Origin: Thalia democratica
Lineage: Eukaryota
Assembly (NCBI GenBank): GCA_965202585.1
Contig: OZ241826.1
Span: 48,112,001-48,176,000 of the forward strand
Reading direction: 5' to 3'
Length of the DNA: 64,000 nt
Each line of letters begins with the position of its first letter. Position 1 is the stretch's first letter. The notes beneath the pieces are model-generated. The model did no database searches. It saw only the letters and a list, made by a program, of their open reading frames with translations, and was not told the origin of the DNA. Position numbers and translations under genes: made by a program. Shown piece after piece: positions 38,323 to 52,081 of this stretch.

Positions 38323-41300
38323 ATGAACGCAACAGAAGAATATTTAATACCATTTTCTAATTCAGAGAAACCTGACTTTCTCACAAGTGTGAGATCATTG
38401 TTTTATCTCCTTACACCAAAGGAATCATCTTTTGAAAATGTGACTCAAGTTCCAAACTATACTGACAGTGTAAGTCATTATGTAAAGTTTTGTTTTATAA
38501 TCTAAGTCAATTTAGAGTACTGTTTTGCTAGGTTAGTTTATAGAAAATAAATACAATATTAAAACATTTTTTTATTAAGTTGTTTTTTCTTATTTTTATA
38601 ATATTTTTAGGCTACAAATGCTTTTCTTACCCTTGTTTTTTTGGAACTGATAGTGTCATTTTTTAAAGGCAAAAAAGTGTACAATTTTAATCACACACTT
38701 ACAAGTATTAGTGCAGGAATATGCTCAAGACTTATTCAGTAAGTTATATCCATTGTTATAAATGGACAATCTTAAGTAAAAAAATGATCTTATGTGTAAA
38801 ACATATTTTTCAGCAAACATTTAATATTTATTAAGAAATAAAAATACTGTATAAAACAAAGTTTCTAAAGTTTCTGTCATCTTTGTGTTTTTCTTTTTTA
38901 ATTACACCATTATTACCATTACTTTTATAAATTCTTTATACTTTTAACATATAAAAAAAATTCAAACTGTATGATTGAGTTGATTCTAAGTAATTTACAG
39001 TATTTTTATTTCTAATAAGTACAAAATAAACAATAAGTTTTATAAATGCTTTTTTGTACAAAACTTAATTTTTTAAGTATTGAAAGTTTTTTTTAATTTC
39101 CATTGAAGTTAAACATCTTTATAAAGATTTTTTGAAAACTAAAATTACAATAACAAAAAGCTCGAAAAAAGTGATAATATCATTGAAGTTTTAAAAGTGA
39201 TTTTTAAGTTTATTATATTTATTCTTTGTCAAAGTATATTTTGCTTTAGTAGTAAATATACAAAATAAAAATAAAATCAATTTTATTTTATTTATAGAAT
39301 GCAAAAGTTTTTAAAATGTGTTATCATCAACTACATATATGTCAATAATTTTTATTTTGCAAATTGAACTAATAGTTAAATTGTAACAAAAATGTTAATG
39401 AGATATTGATAACACTAAAAGAATAATTTAAAATTAAGAAATATTCAAGTTTAAGTTTATTTCAAACCTTGAGTGTACTTTAGTTATGTTATACTTGATG
39501 TTTTATAAAAATTTGTTTAACTATCAATAGATTACCAACATGAATAAGATAATTTTAGTTATTAAACACTTTTTTTCAGTTTAGTAACAAGAAGGTCGTT
39601 AGGAATATCAATGTACATTTATATTTGGAAAAACTACAGATTTTATGACTTGCCTTGGGATTCTACTTTTACTTGGATTTTAGGTTTTATCGGAATGGAT
39701 TTTCTCTACTACTGGTTTCATAGAGCTGCACATGGCTAGTATATAATTTAAAAATATAAGGGAAACAATTAAATCATATTAAAATGTTATTTAAAAGTTT
39801 AGTTAAAAATAGATAATGCAAACAAACTATTAAACTAGCTTTTAAAAATAAAAATAATAATGTTGAACTAAATTGTTATATGTAATTTGTTACTTATTCA
39901 ATTAAATAAATATGTTTTTTTTATTTTCTACATACACTTGCTTTACTATTCAGCTAAAAAATTCTACATGTTGTTTAAAATCTTCTTAAAACTAAAGGAT
40001 AACACTTGGTTTTTAATAAAATCTATTTTTATTTTTCTATTTGATGTTTTATATGTTTTAAAATAACTCATTATTGTACATGTGTTTTGTTTTTATCGGT
40101 GGAGATTATTCTTATTTTATTTTTAGAAATAAACGTTCTTTGGGCATCTCATCAAACTCACCATAGTTCTGAAGACTACAACTTGTCAACTGCGCTGAGA
40201 CAATCGGCTTTTCAATGGATTGGTTCTATGGTTAGAATTTAATGTCTTGAGCTATAGCATTTTAAATCCAACTTTTTAAGTTATTACTCTAGGTTTTATT
40301 TATGTGAGTAAAAAAAGAAATGTAAAAGTTGTTGTAAACAAGAAATTTAATTTTTGTTTTTATACTGTAAAAGTTAATGTTTCTACTTAGCATTTATGAT
40401 TTTATATTTCTTTTGACGGCAATTATGCGTATACTAGTGTTAATTAAATTTTAGAAAGTTTTAAACCTTAAACATTTTTCAGTATACAAATATAAGTTTA
40501 AAGTTTCCAAAAACCTAGTTTGACTATGTTTTTTTTTGCAATTAAATATTCTAAATCAGTATTCAATACTTGAGAAAACTAGTTTTATTATAACAAATAA
40601 TTAGAAAGTTTTTGTTATTTTTAATTATAGAAGTGTATATGTATAGACTTTTTTTTCACAATTAACTGATAAAAATTTTCTACAAAATTTAAAACAAAAT
40701 TATTAAAGTTACACAGTTTTTAAACTTAAACATATTTTTGTATCTTTATTTGTTTTCTTATTTTTTGATTTATTATCATGTTCATTTAATTACTTGTTTT
40801 GCTGTGGTAATTTTAAACAAACAATATTTGAAATCTGTTGATAAAAACCAAAATGATAGTCTGTATACAAATATTGCAACTAGAGCTAAAATAATATAAG
40901 TAAATACAAAACTTTGTCAAATTAATTTAATTTCTAAAAACACGTAGGAAGTAATGTAAATGAAGAATAAAATTTTCTGTTTTTTTATGGTCTTTTTATT
41001 TCTTTTTATATAGTCTATACTTTGATGTTTTTGTTATACTAGTTTTTGTAACTGGTAGTAAATTTGAAATTATATTACTAAACTGTTGTTATGTTAACGT
41101 ACATTTTAGACTTAGGTTACATTTGTATACCTGTACGTGAATTGTTAGCAATTTTAAAAAGCTTTAAATTTTAAGTATACAACTATTATTAATTACTTTT
41201 ACAAAAATGATGCAAGAAATAATTCATTTTTATTGCTAATTATTTTTTTTGTAATATAAAATGTTTGAATAATCGAAGTATAATAACTTAATCTTAGAAA

Positions 41301-43638
41301 TAAACTCATGAATCATCATCATAAGTTAAGTAAATCATACTGGTCATAAGTTCTAGTAGAAATAGAACCTTCAAAGTTTAATAGAAATTCATTTGATGTT
41401 AATTAGAAGTTGAGCTTTAATACAATTGTTTTTACATGTGAAAGTTTTACATAATCTTGTGCAATATTGTAGCGCAGTCATAAAACCTAGCAAAGTTGAT
41501 TAAATATTTGTTTATATTGCATATTTGTTCACGTCTGCAACAAAACAAGTCTGTACATTATTTTAAACATTGTTCTACAGTTTTTTTGGCTGCCACAAGC
41601 GCTGTTGATACCGCCTTCCGTCCACCTAGTTCACCTTGAAATCAACATACTGTTTCAATTCTGGATTCACACTCAGTTTATTGACAGCATTGGTGAGAAA
41701 AACATCTTTTAACTTTTAACTTTCGTTATAAATACATGTACTTAAAAAATTTTGAAAAACTATCATCGTTAAATATTAATTAAAGTTTTAAAACTTTTAA
41801 TCTTATCAGGTCCGTTGGAGTACATTCTAAACACAGCAAGTCATCATAGGGTGCATCATGGTAGAAATCCATACTGCATTGATAAAAACTACGCAGGCAC
41901 TCTCATTGTTTGGGACAGAATATTTGGTAGGTTTTTATATTTTTATCGAGCGTTATTTATTATGATTTATTACTAAAATATTTTTTTAGCTTTTACTCCA
42001 AACTTGTGAGTCGTTTTATTGGTGTGACGGAAATCCCCCAATATTTGCTGAGTCAGCATATAAAAAAAAACATTAGTTTATGTTTTAATTAGTTTTTAAT
42101 ATGTTGGGGTAGAGGGTTAGGGTTAAGGGTATAAATATTTAAAAAAATAAAAAAGTCAATTGATGATTCAGCAAATATTAGGGGAAACACCTTTCCTTTA
42201 AAATCGGACCCCAAACTTGTTATAAAAATAAGTTTTATTGAAATCTTTAAATAAATAGATTTGAAAATAAACTTTGAAAAAATTGAAGGTTGTTTTATCA
42301 ATAATCATTAAATTAAAAGTTGTTATAAAACTTATTCTACTTTTAAATAGAAAATGTTTAACATTCACATCATGTATTTATCAGTTTGTAAAATTTATTA
42401 AAGCTAAAATAGAACATATTCTAAACTAGGATTTCATCACTTAACTTTGTAGACGTTCTTACATCAAATATCAATAATATAATTTTTTTAATGTCAGACT
42501 GTTCCAAGTTTACGTTAGTAAAAAAGAAAAAAATTTACTTATCTATTGTTTTAGTTTTTTAAACTCATACATAAGTGTTACTACAATCAAAGAACAATCA
42601 CTGACTCATGCGTTGATAGTATAACTTTAGTTTTACTTAGTTATCAAATTACTAATAATAAATAATTACTAATAAACAGGCACATTCGCAGCAGAAAGAA
42701 AGGACGAACAAATAGCGTACGGTTTAGTTCACAACCTTCAAACGTTCGACCCTTTGCACGTTCAAGTAAATAACATTTCAACAAAAAGCGTGTAATATTT
42801 TGAATTCTTAAAACAACACGTATCCGACAGTTATGCATGTACTGGCATTTACTCCTCCGCTTCCTGAGGATCGACGGACTGGCCAACAAGGTTTCCGTTT
42901 TACTGAAAGGTCCAGGTTGGGCTCCCGGCAAACCGAGACTCGGAATAAATTCGGAAATTCCCGAGGTAAGTCGCAAAACTGCAAGTTCTTTACGACAAAG
43001 ACAAATGAACTTTTTTTGTAGATAAAAGGGACTAAAATTGAAATATACGGTCCGAGAACGCCAAAGTGGCTGACGGTGTACGCGGTGCTGCAGTACCTGA
43101 TGGTCAACCCGATATACGAGAAGTTGATGCAGCTGAGACTGGTGCTGATGGGAAGTTTCGTCGTTTTCGACGTTTTGTTCATTCTCGCCACTCTCACTTG
43201 CCTGGGAATGTTGTACGATAAAAAGTAGGTTTCGCTGGTTGAAGTTTTGATTTGTAAGTAATTTCAAGTACGTTACTTTTAAATGAAGTATAATGTTTAT
43301 CTACTTCAAAATAAACTATCTAATTCAATGTATTATTCGCAGGTATATTTAAGCGTGCAATATTAATACTTTGATAAAATTATTTTTTTTAATATTTGCA
43401 AAAACACTGCTTTTCTATTTCTAAACTTTGAAGCTTTTTTAGGAAAAACGCTTGGCATGTGGAATTGGTCAGATGTGTTCTGATTTGTATGTTTTGCATG
43501 ACGTCATCTATAGTGACTGAACATCAACTTCCTGATGTGCTTGAAAATTTGATGATTTATTTCTACTTGACTTCGGCAGCATTTTGTACATTCGTCATAT
43601 TTGCCCATAAAAATGTTGATGATAAAAAACTGCAATAA
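38323..43638 (+). CDS. AGMO: Alkylglycerol monooxygenase (TMEM195)
   Basis: Ten in-frame exons: 38323-38469, 38611-38738, 39580-39734, 40127-40230, 41581-41692, 41810-41926, 42680-42765, 42831-42965, 43022-43224, 43443-43638. His motifs [35 protein letters not shown] and [20 protein letters not shown] are present, plus [13 protein letters not shown]. Confidence 0.96.
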
Positions 43639-45862
43639 GTTCAAACCGTAAATTGCCGTTATATAGTTTTTCACACACCCGTTAGTAATTTTTTGATCAT
43701 AAAATGCTATTCAATCTTACTTTTTATAAAATGATCTGAATTTTTTTGCTAATTATTAGAGTAAATCAAATATTTTTTTATAATATATGTTTTTTCTTTT
43801 ATAACCTTTGGTAGAGTATTTTTTAAATCATACTATTAATTGTTTCAACTTTATCTCAATCATATAATCCTTAATCGAATATGTGTTGTGAATAATATTA
43901 GTCATTTTTTGGGTAATAAAACTGTAATTAAGTATGAGTGCTCAGATATATAGTAAAAAACGTATTGAATTTCTTCAATTATAGCTTGCAAAATATGTGT
44001 GCTAATAATTCAAACCATATTAAACACTTAACTAATAACTGATGATGATAGAAATTAGCAAAATTGTCATAATATTTAGGATTTAAGGGTTGCTAATTAG
44101 GTTATAAATGCTGTTTTTAGCAGTATCAATAATAACTATTATTTAAACCTTTTTTAAGTTTATCAAATAAAATATTAGGGATTTTCAGACAAACTGTTAA
44201 TGTTATTTACTGTTCGTTTTTTATTGCTTACAATACTTCATATAAATTTCTGATCATGTTAGACTTTGATTTTAGGTTTTTTTAAATTTAAATTAGTTAC
44301 TTAAAAGCGTATTAGTTTATTTTAAATCTTGATTTGTTATACAAGACGCTTATTTTTGTAACAATGCAGTTTTAAAATTTAAAATGTATTGTTTTCTTAG
44401 GGTGACACTATTTTTAGGTTTTTTAAAAGTTTTTTTTTAAGTGACTCACTGTGGATCATGTTAAAATAAAAATCCGGTAAATCACTTTTTCTGTATGAAT
44501 AAAAAAATTATATCAAAGTTTAGAATACGAAATAGTTTTAAAAAGTGTCTAATAAAAAGGTAGCAAAATGATTATCAAGAAATCCACATGTTTTTACAGA
44601 TTCAATTAGGGTTAATATATTCCAGTACGATGCAAGTATGTATATTTTTCTTATTAAAACTTTGTTAATTTTATAGTAACAAGATAAAATTTATATCTAA
44701 AATCAATTAACAGATGCAGAAATTAAAATTTATTAGTTTTTTTAGTAAAAACAGAAGAAATAAAATTGAAAAATCTTCAACAAATTTTTAGTAAGAACTC
44801 CTGGTAAGTCAAGATCAAAAGTTAAACTTATTTGTAAATTGATGAACTAGTTAAACCAGTTTAAGTTTACAATTTTAAAGAAGTTAAAATAAAACTAAGC
44901 CTTGTGACAGATATAGTTTTTCTAGTACGTTAAAGTAATAAAAGGGTCAAGCGTTGTGAATAAGTTTGTTGAAAGTCTTGTTTATTATGAATAACTTTTA
45001 TATTAATATTGTAGGAATTTTTTCAAGGTGCTTACAAATACGGCGACCTTTGAGTTTTTAGCTAGTATTTTGAAAATTTCTACATTTGGCAAATTTACAA
45101 AAACACTATGTGAAAATTTCACCTTGGTGGAACTGATTTTCTGAAAACCACCCAAATGCAAACTGTATACGGCCGAAAAAATATAACTTTAAAGTTTCTG
45201 GCTTAATTTTTTTACATGTGGCAATTATCACATTGCACACAATTTTAAGAAAGTATTATGGTGTCACTTCTTGAATAAAAACCTCAAGGAAGTAATAAAA
45301 GTTACATAAATCAAGAAATGTCTCTATAATTTATAAGACTTCATTAACTTTCTTCTTTTTAATATTAGTTTTCTGCTTTGTAAGATTTTTGTTATTTAAA
45401 GCTTACTTTCTGATAATAATATTTAAAAAATATTCAATATAGATAAACATTTTATTTATCTTAAAATCAGTAAAAATTTGTTAATTTTTTTAATGTTTTT
45501 AGAAAAACGCATAAAGAATTATTCTGTGTTCTTCGTAAGAATATTATAAAAACATTTATTTAAACTCTTGGTAATTTACTCAAGTTGCGTTTATAATATG
45601 GTAATTGAAAACTTCTCGAAATGGGCATTACAAGTAATTTATTTATTGTTAGTATATCATAACTCAAAATATTTAATATTTTAAAACACTTTCACTTACT
45701 ACTTGGTTGATAATAAAAGTTTTATTTTATACTAAGTTAAATACATAAATGATAATTATTATAACGAACTTTTATTGTTAAAGGCGACAAAGTTTATTAT
45801 AAGCATCGAATATAATAAATAAATCATCACTTATATACTTGTTTTGTTATTAACATAATTCA

Positions 45863-48800
45863 TTAAACCTGTGGTACTTTCACAAGACAGAGGTCTCTGT
45901 AATTTCTCGTGAGTTCACAAGCTTCTTTCGACCACTCTTTTCTGTCCACATCGTAAAAGGCCACCAGTTCTGATGATTTCCGTCCGAAAACGACAATTTT
46001 ATTTGCTATTGTTACGGCTGTACGCGCTGCCGCTCTCTTAAGATCAAACTCGAAAGACTCGTGCGGCGGTTTTATGATCACAAATTTGTCGGACAAAGAG
46101 TCGTATACTTCACAGCTGTTCAAACGATGCATGTTTCTCCCCGCTATGGCAAAAAGTTTATTTTTGATGGCAACTAAGCTATGCCTATACCTGGAAACAT
46201 TCATTCTTGGCATACAGGTCCATGAGTTGGAAACGTGATCGTATGCTTCAACGGTGTTGAATCCGTCGGTTCCGTCCCGACCCCCGGAGACGGCAATTTT
46301 TCCCTGAAAAACCGCGCATGTAGACTCCATTCTTACTCTTCCCATTTGCGCAACTTCATCAGTGTAGCTCCATGAGCACCTTTCAGTGTACAATGCACAG
46401 CATTCTGAGGTTGCCTGCCTTAAATCTAAATTCCATCCTCCGATAAGATAAACTCTTTTCATAAATATACAAAAATTATCATATTCGTATGAAATTTCAA
46501 ATTTGGCTACCGTTTTCCACCTTTTAAAATCAAATAAAAACTTTTCAACGTGTACATCATATATATCGCTTCGAAATGCGTAAATTACACCATCTATAAA
46601 AGCTAAGTTAGAGAGCCTTTCAAATCTTGTAGGAATTTTAGTAATTTTCTTTACATTTTTGAAATCTTTACAATCAATTTGGTTTAAACTGCGCGAAATT
46701 ATTCCATCTTCAGATTTATACTTTCCAAAGAACATGTAGTTAAACATAGTTTGGTTGTTGTACCTGTTTGTGTTTAAACTCCTACCTTTTTCGCGATAAA
46801 AATTATCTCTACTACGCAATACTTCTGTTATCGCGGAAAGAGACTCTTCAGTTTTACCAAGTGACGAAAACAAAGGAGAATTTTGAGAGTTGTTTTTGAT
46901 CATCGTATATGCGTTTTCGGACAACAAAGGCATGCGTATTTTCAACAATAGTTTTTTGGAAAAGTTGCACCTTTCTATGTAGTTGAAATCGATCCAGGTA
47001 CACGCTGCATAATAAACTTCCAACTCAGAATTGATGAGCAACTCAGAACTGGCTGCTATTTTTAGTATGTGCAGAATATTCAACTCTAAGAAACTTTCAG
47101 TTTGGCAAACATCTGTGAAAGTGCGTTCTATGTAGTGCAGTATGAATTTTGACAGCTTCGATTGATTGAAGGTGCTCATTATCTGGTAACAGCCAGCTGC
47201 ATTTTGGACGTTCAGCTTTTGTTTTACTATCCTTGATAAACTGCTTTCCGGTCGTTCATTCAGTAAAAGAGTGTTTTCCATCAATCTCATTACATGATTG
47301 TAGTTGCAGAATTTATTGTTGCCTGCAATGATAAAAAGAACATCATAAAGAAGTTTTTTTCTTTAGTTTTTGAAATATTTTTTAAACGGTTAAAATATTA
47401 AATAAACTACATTCAATTTATATCAAACCTTTCTAAAGTATGCACCAGCACATAAAAGTGAGAAAATAAAAGTTAATTTTTTCATAAACTTTACTAAAGC
47501 TATTTTGACAAAAAAAAACTATAAATTTGTAATATATTTTAATAAACGTTTTGGATACTCTGAATTTGAAGGCTAGGACTGTAAGCACTTTGCTTCTTTT
47601 AAGTCATAAGTTATTTATTGTTGTTGCTTGCATGCTGTTGTATTTTAATGTTATTTAGTCAATGTATCACGAAGAAAAATGTTTTATACAATCGATAATT
47701 AAGCCTATTTAAAGTTTTAAAACTTTTGTCGCAAAACAGTATCTTTAATTTTTTTAACAACTTTTTTTGAATCAGATATGAATCTTTTTATTTTTTATTT
47801 TGTTTGACCCAATTAAAACAATAAATAATGAACTTCACCACACGACTTACAACAACAGCATCCAAGAAAATCTATGAACGGCTTCGTCCTTATTAGGACT
47901 TATAAGGTAAGCATAGTCGTTAGAAACCGCTGTTGAGATGTTATTAAGCGGGCTAAATTAAAAAGAAATGAATTGAAGCAATAAATGTGTAAACACATAG
48001 CTAGTTAAGTTTTAAACAGTATATCTTACTTGTGATTACTTTCTGTTAAAAAATAAGTTTACTATGGTAAAACATAGAAGATACACATGAAGCGAGTCTT
48101 ATAATGAAAGTAATAGTTTAGACAGTGATTAAAATTAAATTATGATTATCTGAAGGAAGTAAAACATAATAAAAGAAACTTTACAAAGTTTTATGGTTTA
48201 TTTCTGTTGAACAAGGAATAACATACCTTAATAGTTTTTCAAATATTAAAAGTCTTAAAATAAGCTAGAGTTTAAGACTGAATAAAATAACAAAGAAACA
48301 TAATAATAAAAAAGTACAAGGTAGACTAGGCGATACGGCAGGAATTTGGTTGTCACGGGGAAAACTTCGAAAATAAAATTATTATCGAGCTACTTGTAGT
48401 TTTAGTTTTCACATGAGAAGGAACCGAAATATCTAGTATAAGTTTCATATTTCTTGTGAATGTTTTTTTAACCTTCGTTTTATGTCCCAGAATATCTAGT
48501 GTAAGTTTCTTAAATTTTCTTTCGCGGGCCAAATTTGCATGTTCACTAACCGCAGGTTTTACTTTTGAAGGGCAGAAGTTTGCCGACCGCTGGGCTAGTA
48601 TTTTTTTCCTTAATTTAATTATACAAAAAATTTAAAAATAAAGTAACACTAAGTTTAAGTTTATACTATTTAAATCAAGTTACTAAAGTGATCATTGATA
48701 ACCTGTTTTATAAAGCATAAAACTGTACCTTAAATTATTTAAAATGCTAGTTTTTGCTCTTTCCTTAGATTGAGCTAATTAAATTAACTATAATATAAAA

Positions 48801-49355
48801 ACAACTATAAATTTAATGTGTTAATTTGGATTATTTCGTATAAACATCTATAAGTACATGTTTTTAAGTATTGTAAATAAATGTAAACAAAATATTTTAC
48901 TAATCTGTTTGTTCCGAATATTAAGTTTAGTGAATAACTATATTTTTAAATGTTTTTAAACTACCGAACATTTACAAGAAATTTGCGGTGGAAATTACAA
49001 AATTCTAAGTTTTAAATGAGATCAGGATGTAATGGTTTTAAGTTATTTTTTAACTATAAGACATAAAATTAATACCTTTAAAATAGTATTGATAGTTTAC
49101 ACTACTGGTGTTTAAACTACAACTTCTTGATATAATTTTTTCAATATTTAAAAACTCATTACCGTTTTTTTTGTAGATATCAGCAGATTTCAAATGTTCC
49201 TTAAAAAATAAATTTGAACTTTTTTCCTTGCACAAGCCTGTGAAACTAGGAGTTTCTGCTGAAATTGTTTCATCTAAACACTGTCTTTTGCTCATGTCTT
49301 CACTAGTCTCACGGCTTTCAGCTTTATGGCTGTATTTACCCTTCTTTGAGGTCAT
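45863..49355 (-). CDS. Kelch-like protein (BACK + Kelch repeats), no recognisable BTB domain
   Basis: The large exon 45863-47322 holds a BACK-like segment (TESFLEL..SSELLINSELEVYYAACTWI..LLLKIRMPLLS) and Kelch repeats (VYLIGGWN, IAVSGGRDG..VEAYDHVSNSWTCMPRMNVSRYRH, LFAIAGRN..CEVYDS). The putative first exon 49163-49355 (MTSKKGK...KKN G) joins in phase via GT-AG; that join is less certain. Confidence 0.85.
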
Positions 49356-50499
49356 AATTTTATACTATCCTAAAAATTTTAAGTATTTAACGTACAATTT
49401 AGTAATCAGTAGTTTTTTACTTAACTATTTTTTTATCAAATAAAAATAATGAGTTTTTAAATTTATTTCAAAGTATTGATTAAACAATAAGTATTCAAAG
49501 CAACTCAATTATTTTTTGAAGTAACAAATAAATATTTAAAAAAATAAGTTTATAGTTATTTATACTTTACTAAAATGTCGACTTTGCAGTTACTATGAAG
49601 ATTTAATCTTTTTAATTTATAATTTTTTGAGTATAACAGAAATAAAGTAAAAACTTCTTAAATAAAAAAAAACGAATTTGTTGTAACGCTATTTACTCTA
49701 GTCGAAAGTATCATCAAGATTATAGCTTTAACATAAAAAAAATAATCGCTAACATATAATAATAATAGTTTTTTTTTCTTATTTACATTAGCATTAACTA
49801 ATTAAAAAAAGACTTTGAACTTATGGTTAGTATCTATTTTGTTATCATTAAATACAAAATTTTATTAAAATGTTTTTTACAAATGGTACTTTTACAAAAT
49901 AATTTTTTTGTTTCTATTAAAGTTTGCTTCTTTATAAAAAGTTTAAGGACTTACTTGGTTACGTACTAACATGCTAAAAATATTAAAATGTAATCTTAGC
50001 GTATCAGGTCAAATTTACAACTTTAACATAGATCTAATAAAATCAAGAGACTGACTTACTACATGAAACAGCAAAAAAAAAAACCAAACAGAAAAAATTA
50101 GAGAGCACATCTAAAACTCCAATAGTTTTTTAACTTTTTTTGTAGCTCCTTGTAAATGTGTGAAGTGTCAATTAAAAACTTTTAATTTATTTAATTCAAT
50201 AACAACATTCTTAAAAAGAAATAATTAACTGCAGCTGTTATAAAGTTTCCAGTATATATTAAACTTAACAAATTTTTTTAAATACAATAAATAGTAATGA
50301 AACGTTAACTATCAGCTAGGATCGTAAATATGTATAGAGAATAAAAATAAATGATAATAATAAAATATATGATAAGCACAGTGTTGAAATATTTAACAAA
50401 AAGATAACAAATAAAGTTACAAATAAATAAAACAACTAAATAAAATTCATTCTGCTTCTCTTTTCTTCATCTTCTTCGGTTTCGTAAAGTATTCTTTTT

Positions 50500-51280
50500 A
50501 CCTTTCTTTCAGTCTTTTGTATACAGCAGATCTCCATTTGGCGCAGTCGTTTGCAAGCATTTTTAACTCATTAGATCTTATATTCAAGCTTTTAGGTCAG
50601 GCTTGCATACGTCCTTAAAACGTAATTTTAGACGATCTCAGTTACGTTTACCAACCACCAACTCGCCATACAACAGAGACTTTGGGATTTGCTCAGCACA
50701 TATCCTCAGAACATGACCGAATCAGCGAAGCCCGCACTGACTGAGGGTAAAGTATATGGTGGTAAGACTAGAACGTCTCAATACTTCCTCGTTGGTGATA
50801 TTTTGTTGCCATGCTGTTCTGAGGACGCGAGGAAGGCATCGAAAGTGAACGAAATTAAGTTTCTTCTCCTGCACACTAGACAACATCCATGTTTAACTAC
50901 CGTAAAGCAGAGTACTGCATACACAGGAACGATAAAATTTAGCCTTTGTGCGAATGCTTAACTTTTTGTTATCCCAAACTTTTGCAGTCAAACGAGCGAA
51001 AAGAACTGAGGCCTTAACAATGCAACTATTTATTTCTGTGTCCAATGACGCGTTTGACGCAACGTTTGAGCCAAGTTATACAAAGTTCTTTTTTTTTCGA
51101 TATCGTTGCCATTAATTTTGATTAATGTTAAAAATCTTTTGCTTGACTTAAAACTTTAGTTTTCTTAAGACTAACAGTAAGGCCGAAATCCGAGAATGTC
51201 GATGAAAACTGACTCAGTAGTGTCTGCAGGTCTATGGCCACAAGTGCAGCATCATCAGCAAAAAGAAGATCACATCTTTT
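50500..51280 (-). mobile_element. Degenerate non-LTR retrotransposon (RTE-like) reverse transcriptase 3' fragment
   Basis: Minus-strand translation gives LLFADDAAL (51241-51268), [30 protein letters not shown] and GHVLRI...IPKSLLYGEL..GKR...LRFKDVCK.DLK, with stops and frameshifts. Confidence 0.88.
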
Positions 51281-51369
51281 AAAATATAGTTGTATTTTTC
51301 AATGACGCGTTTTTTTTGATGCTGACTTTGATTTACTTAAAATTTAAAAAAAAATTACAAAATTATTAA

Positions 51370-51677
51370 ATTTAAGGTAAACAACTGTGTTAAATAATAT
51401 AAAAAATTTAAAAAAGTACTTTAAAGCTACTTTAAATGTGTTTTTTAATATAAAAAAGTTTTAATGATGACAAAAAAAAAGAATATCTTTATACTATATT
51501 TTTGCTTGAAATTAAAATTTTACTAGTTAACATGTATAAATTGTTTAAAATTCCAGGTTTTTTAGTGATTTTTGTACGAAATTCCAGGTTTTTCCAAAAT
51601 TTCTAAAATTCAGGATTTTTAGCCTAAAATATTAAATTCAAGGTTTTTAAAGATTTCAAGTTTTGTGAGAACCCTGT
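51370..51677. mobile_element. Truncated copy of the CAGGGTTGCCA MITE family
   Basis: TTAAGGTAAACAACTGTGTTAA, ACTTTAAATGTGTTTTTTAA and AAATTCCAGGTTTT repeats shared with 9432-9840; ends GAGAACCCTG. Confidence 0.6.
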
Positions 51678-51949
51678 TGAGAAGTAGTAAAAATATTGAT
51701 AACAATTATAACTTCTTTCATACAGTATAGATAGTAATTTCATAAAATAATTCCAAAAAATTATTTTTATTAGCCTGCAAATAAATTAATATTTCAAAAT
51801 ATCAAAAATCAACAGCAGTATTTAAATCAAATTTTTTATTAGTAATTAATATTTTTTTGAACGGACTCTCAGATGAATAGCTATATTTTTTTATTTTCAA
51901 AAACTAAAAAAAAAAGTATATAGGACTATATTTTATATATAATGTAGTA

Positions 51950-52081
51950 TTGTCCTGGACAATGACGTTAAACTGTATCAAAGTAGTGTACGACTAGATA
52001 ACCGAAAGGTTCATTCGTACATGAGATCTTTGGACTAAATAAAAACTTTGAGCTTCTTTATTTTTTTTATAGTTAAATAAA
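51950..52081 (+). repeat. ~120-bp structured interspersed repeat, copy D
   Basis: TTGTCCTGGACAATGACGTTAAACTGTATC...TGTACGACTAGATAACCGAAAGGTTCATTCGTACA...TTTGAGC; reverse orientation to copies A-C. Confidence 0.8.

Noticed and set aside
42644-43267. Minus-strand ORFs of 207 aa and 129 aa
   Set aside because: Antisense to AGMO exons 7-9, whose plus-strand frame carries the conserved motifs.
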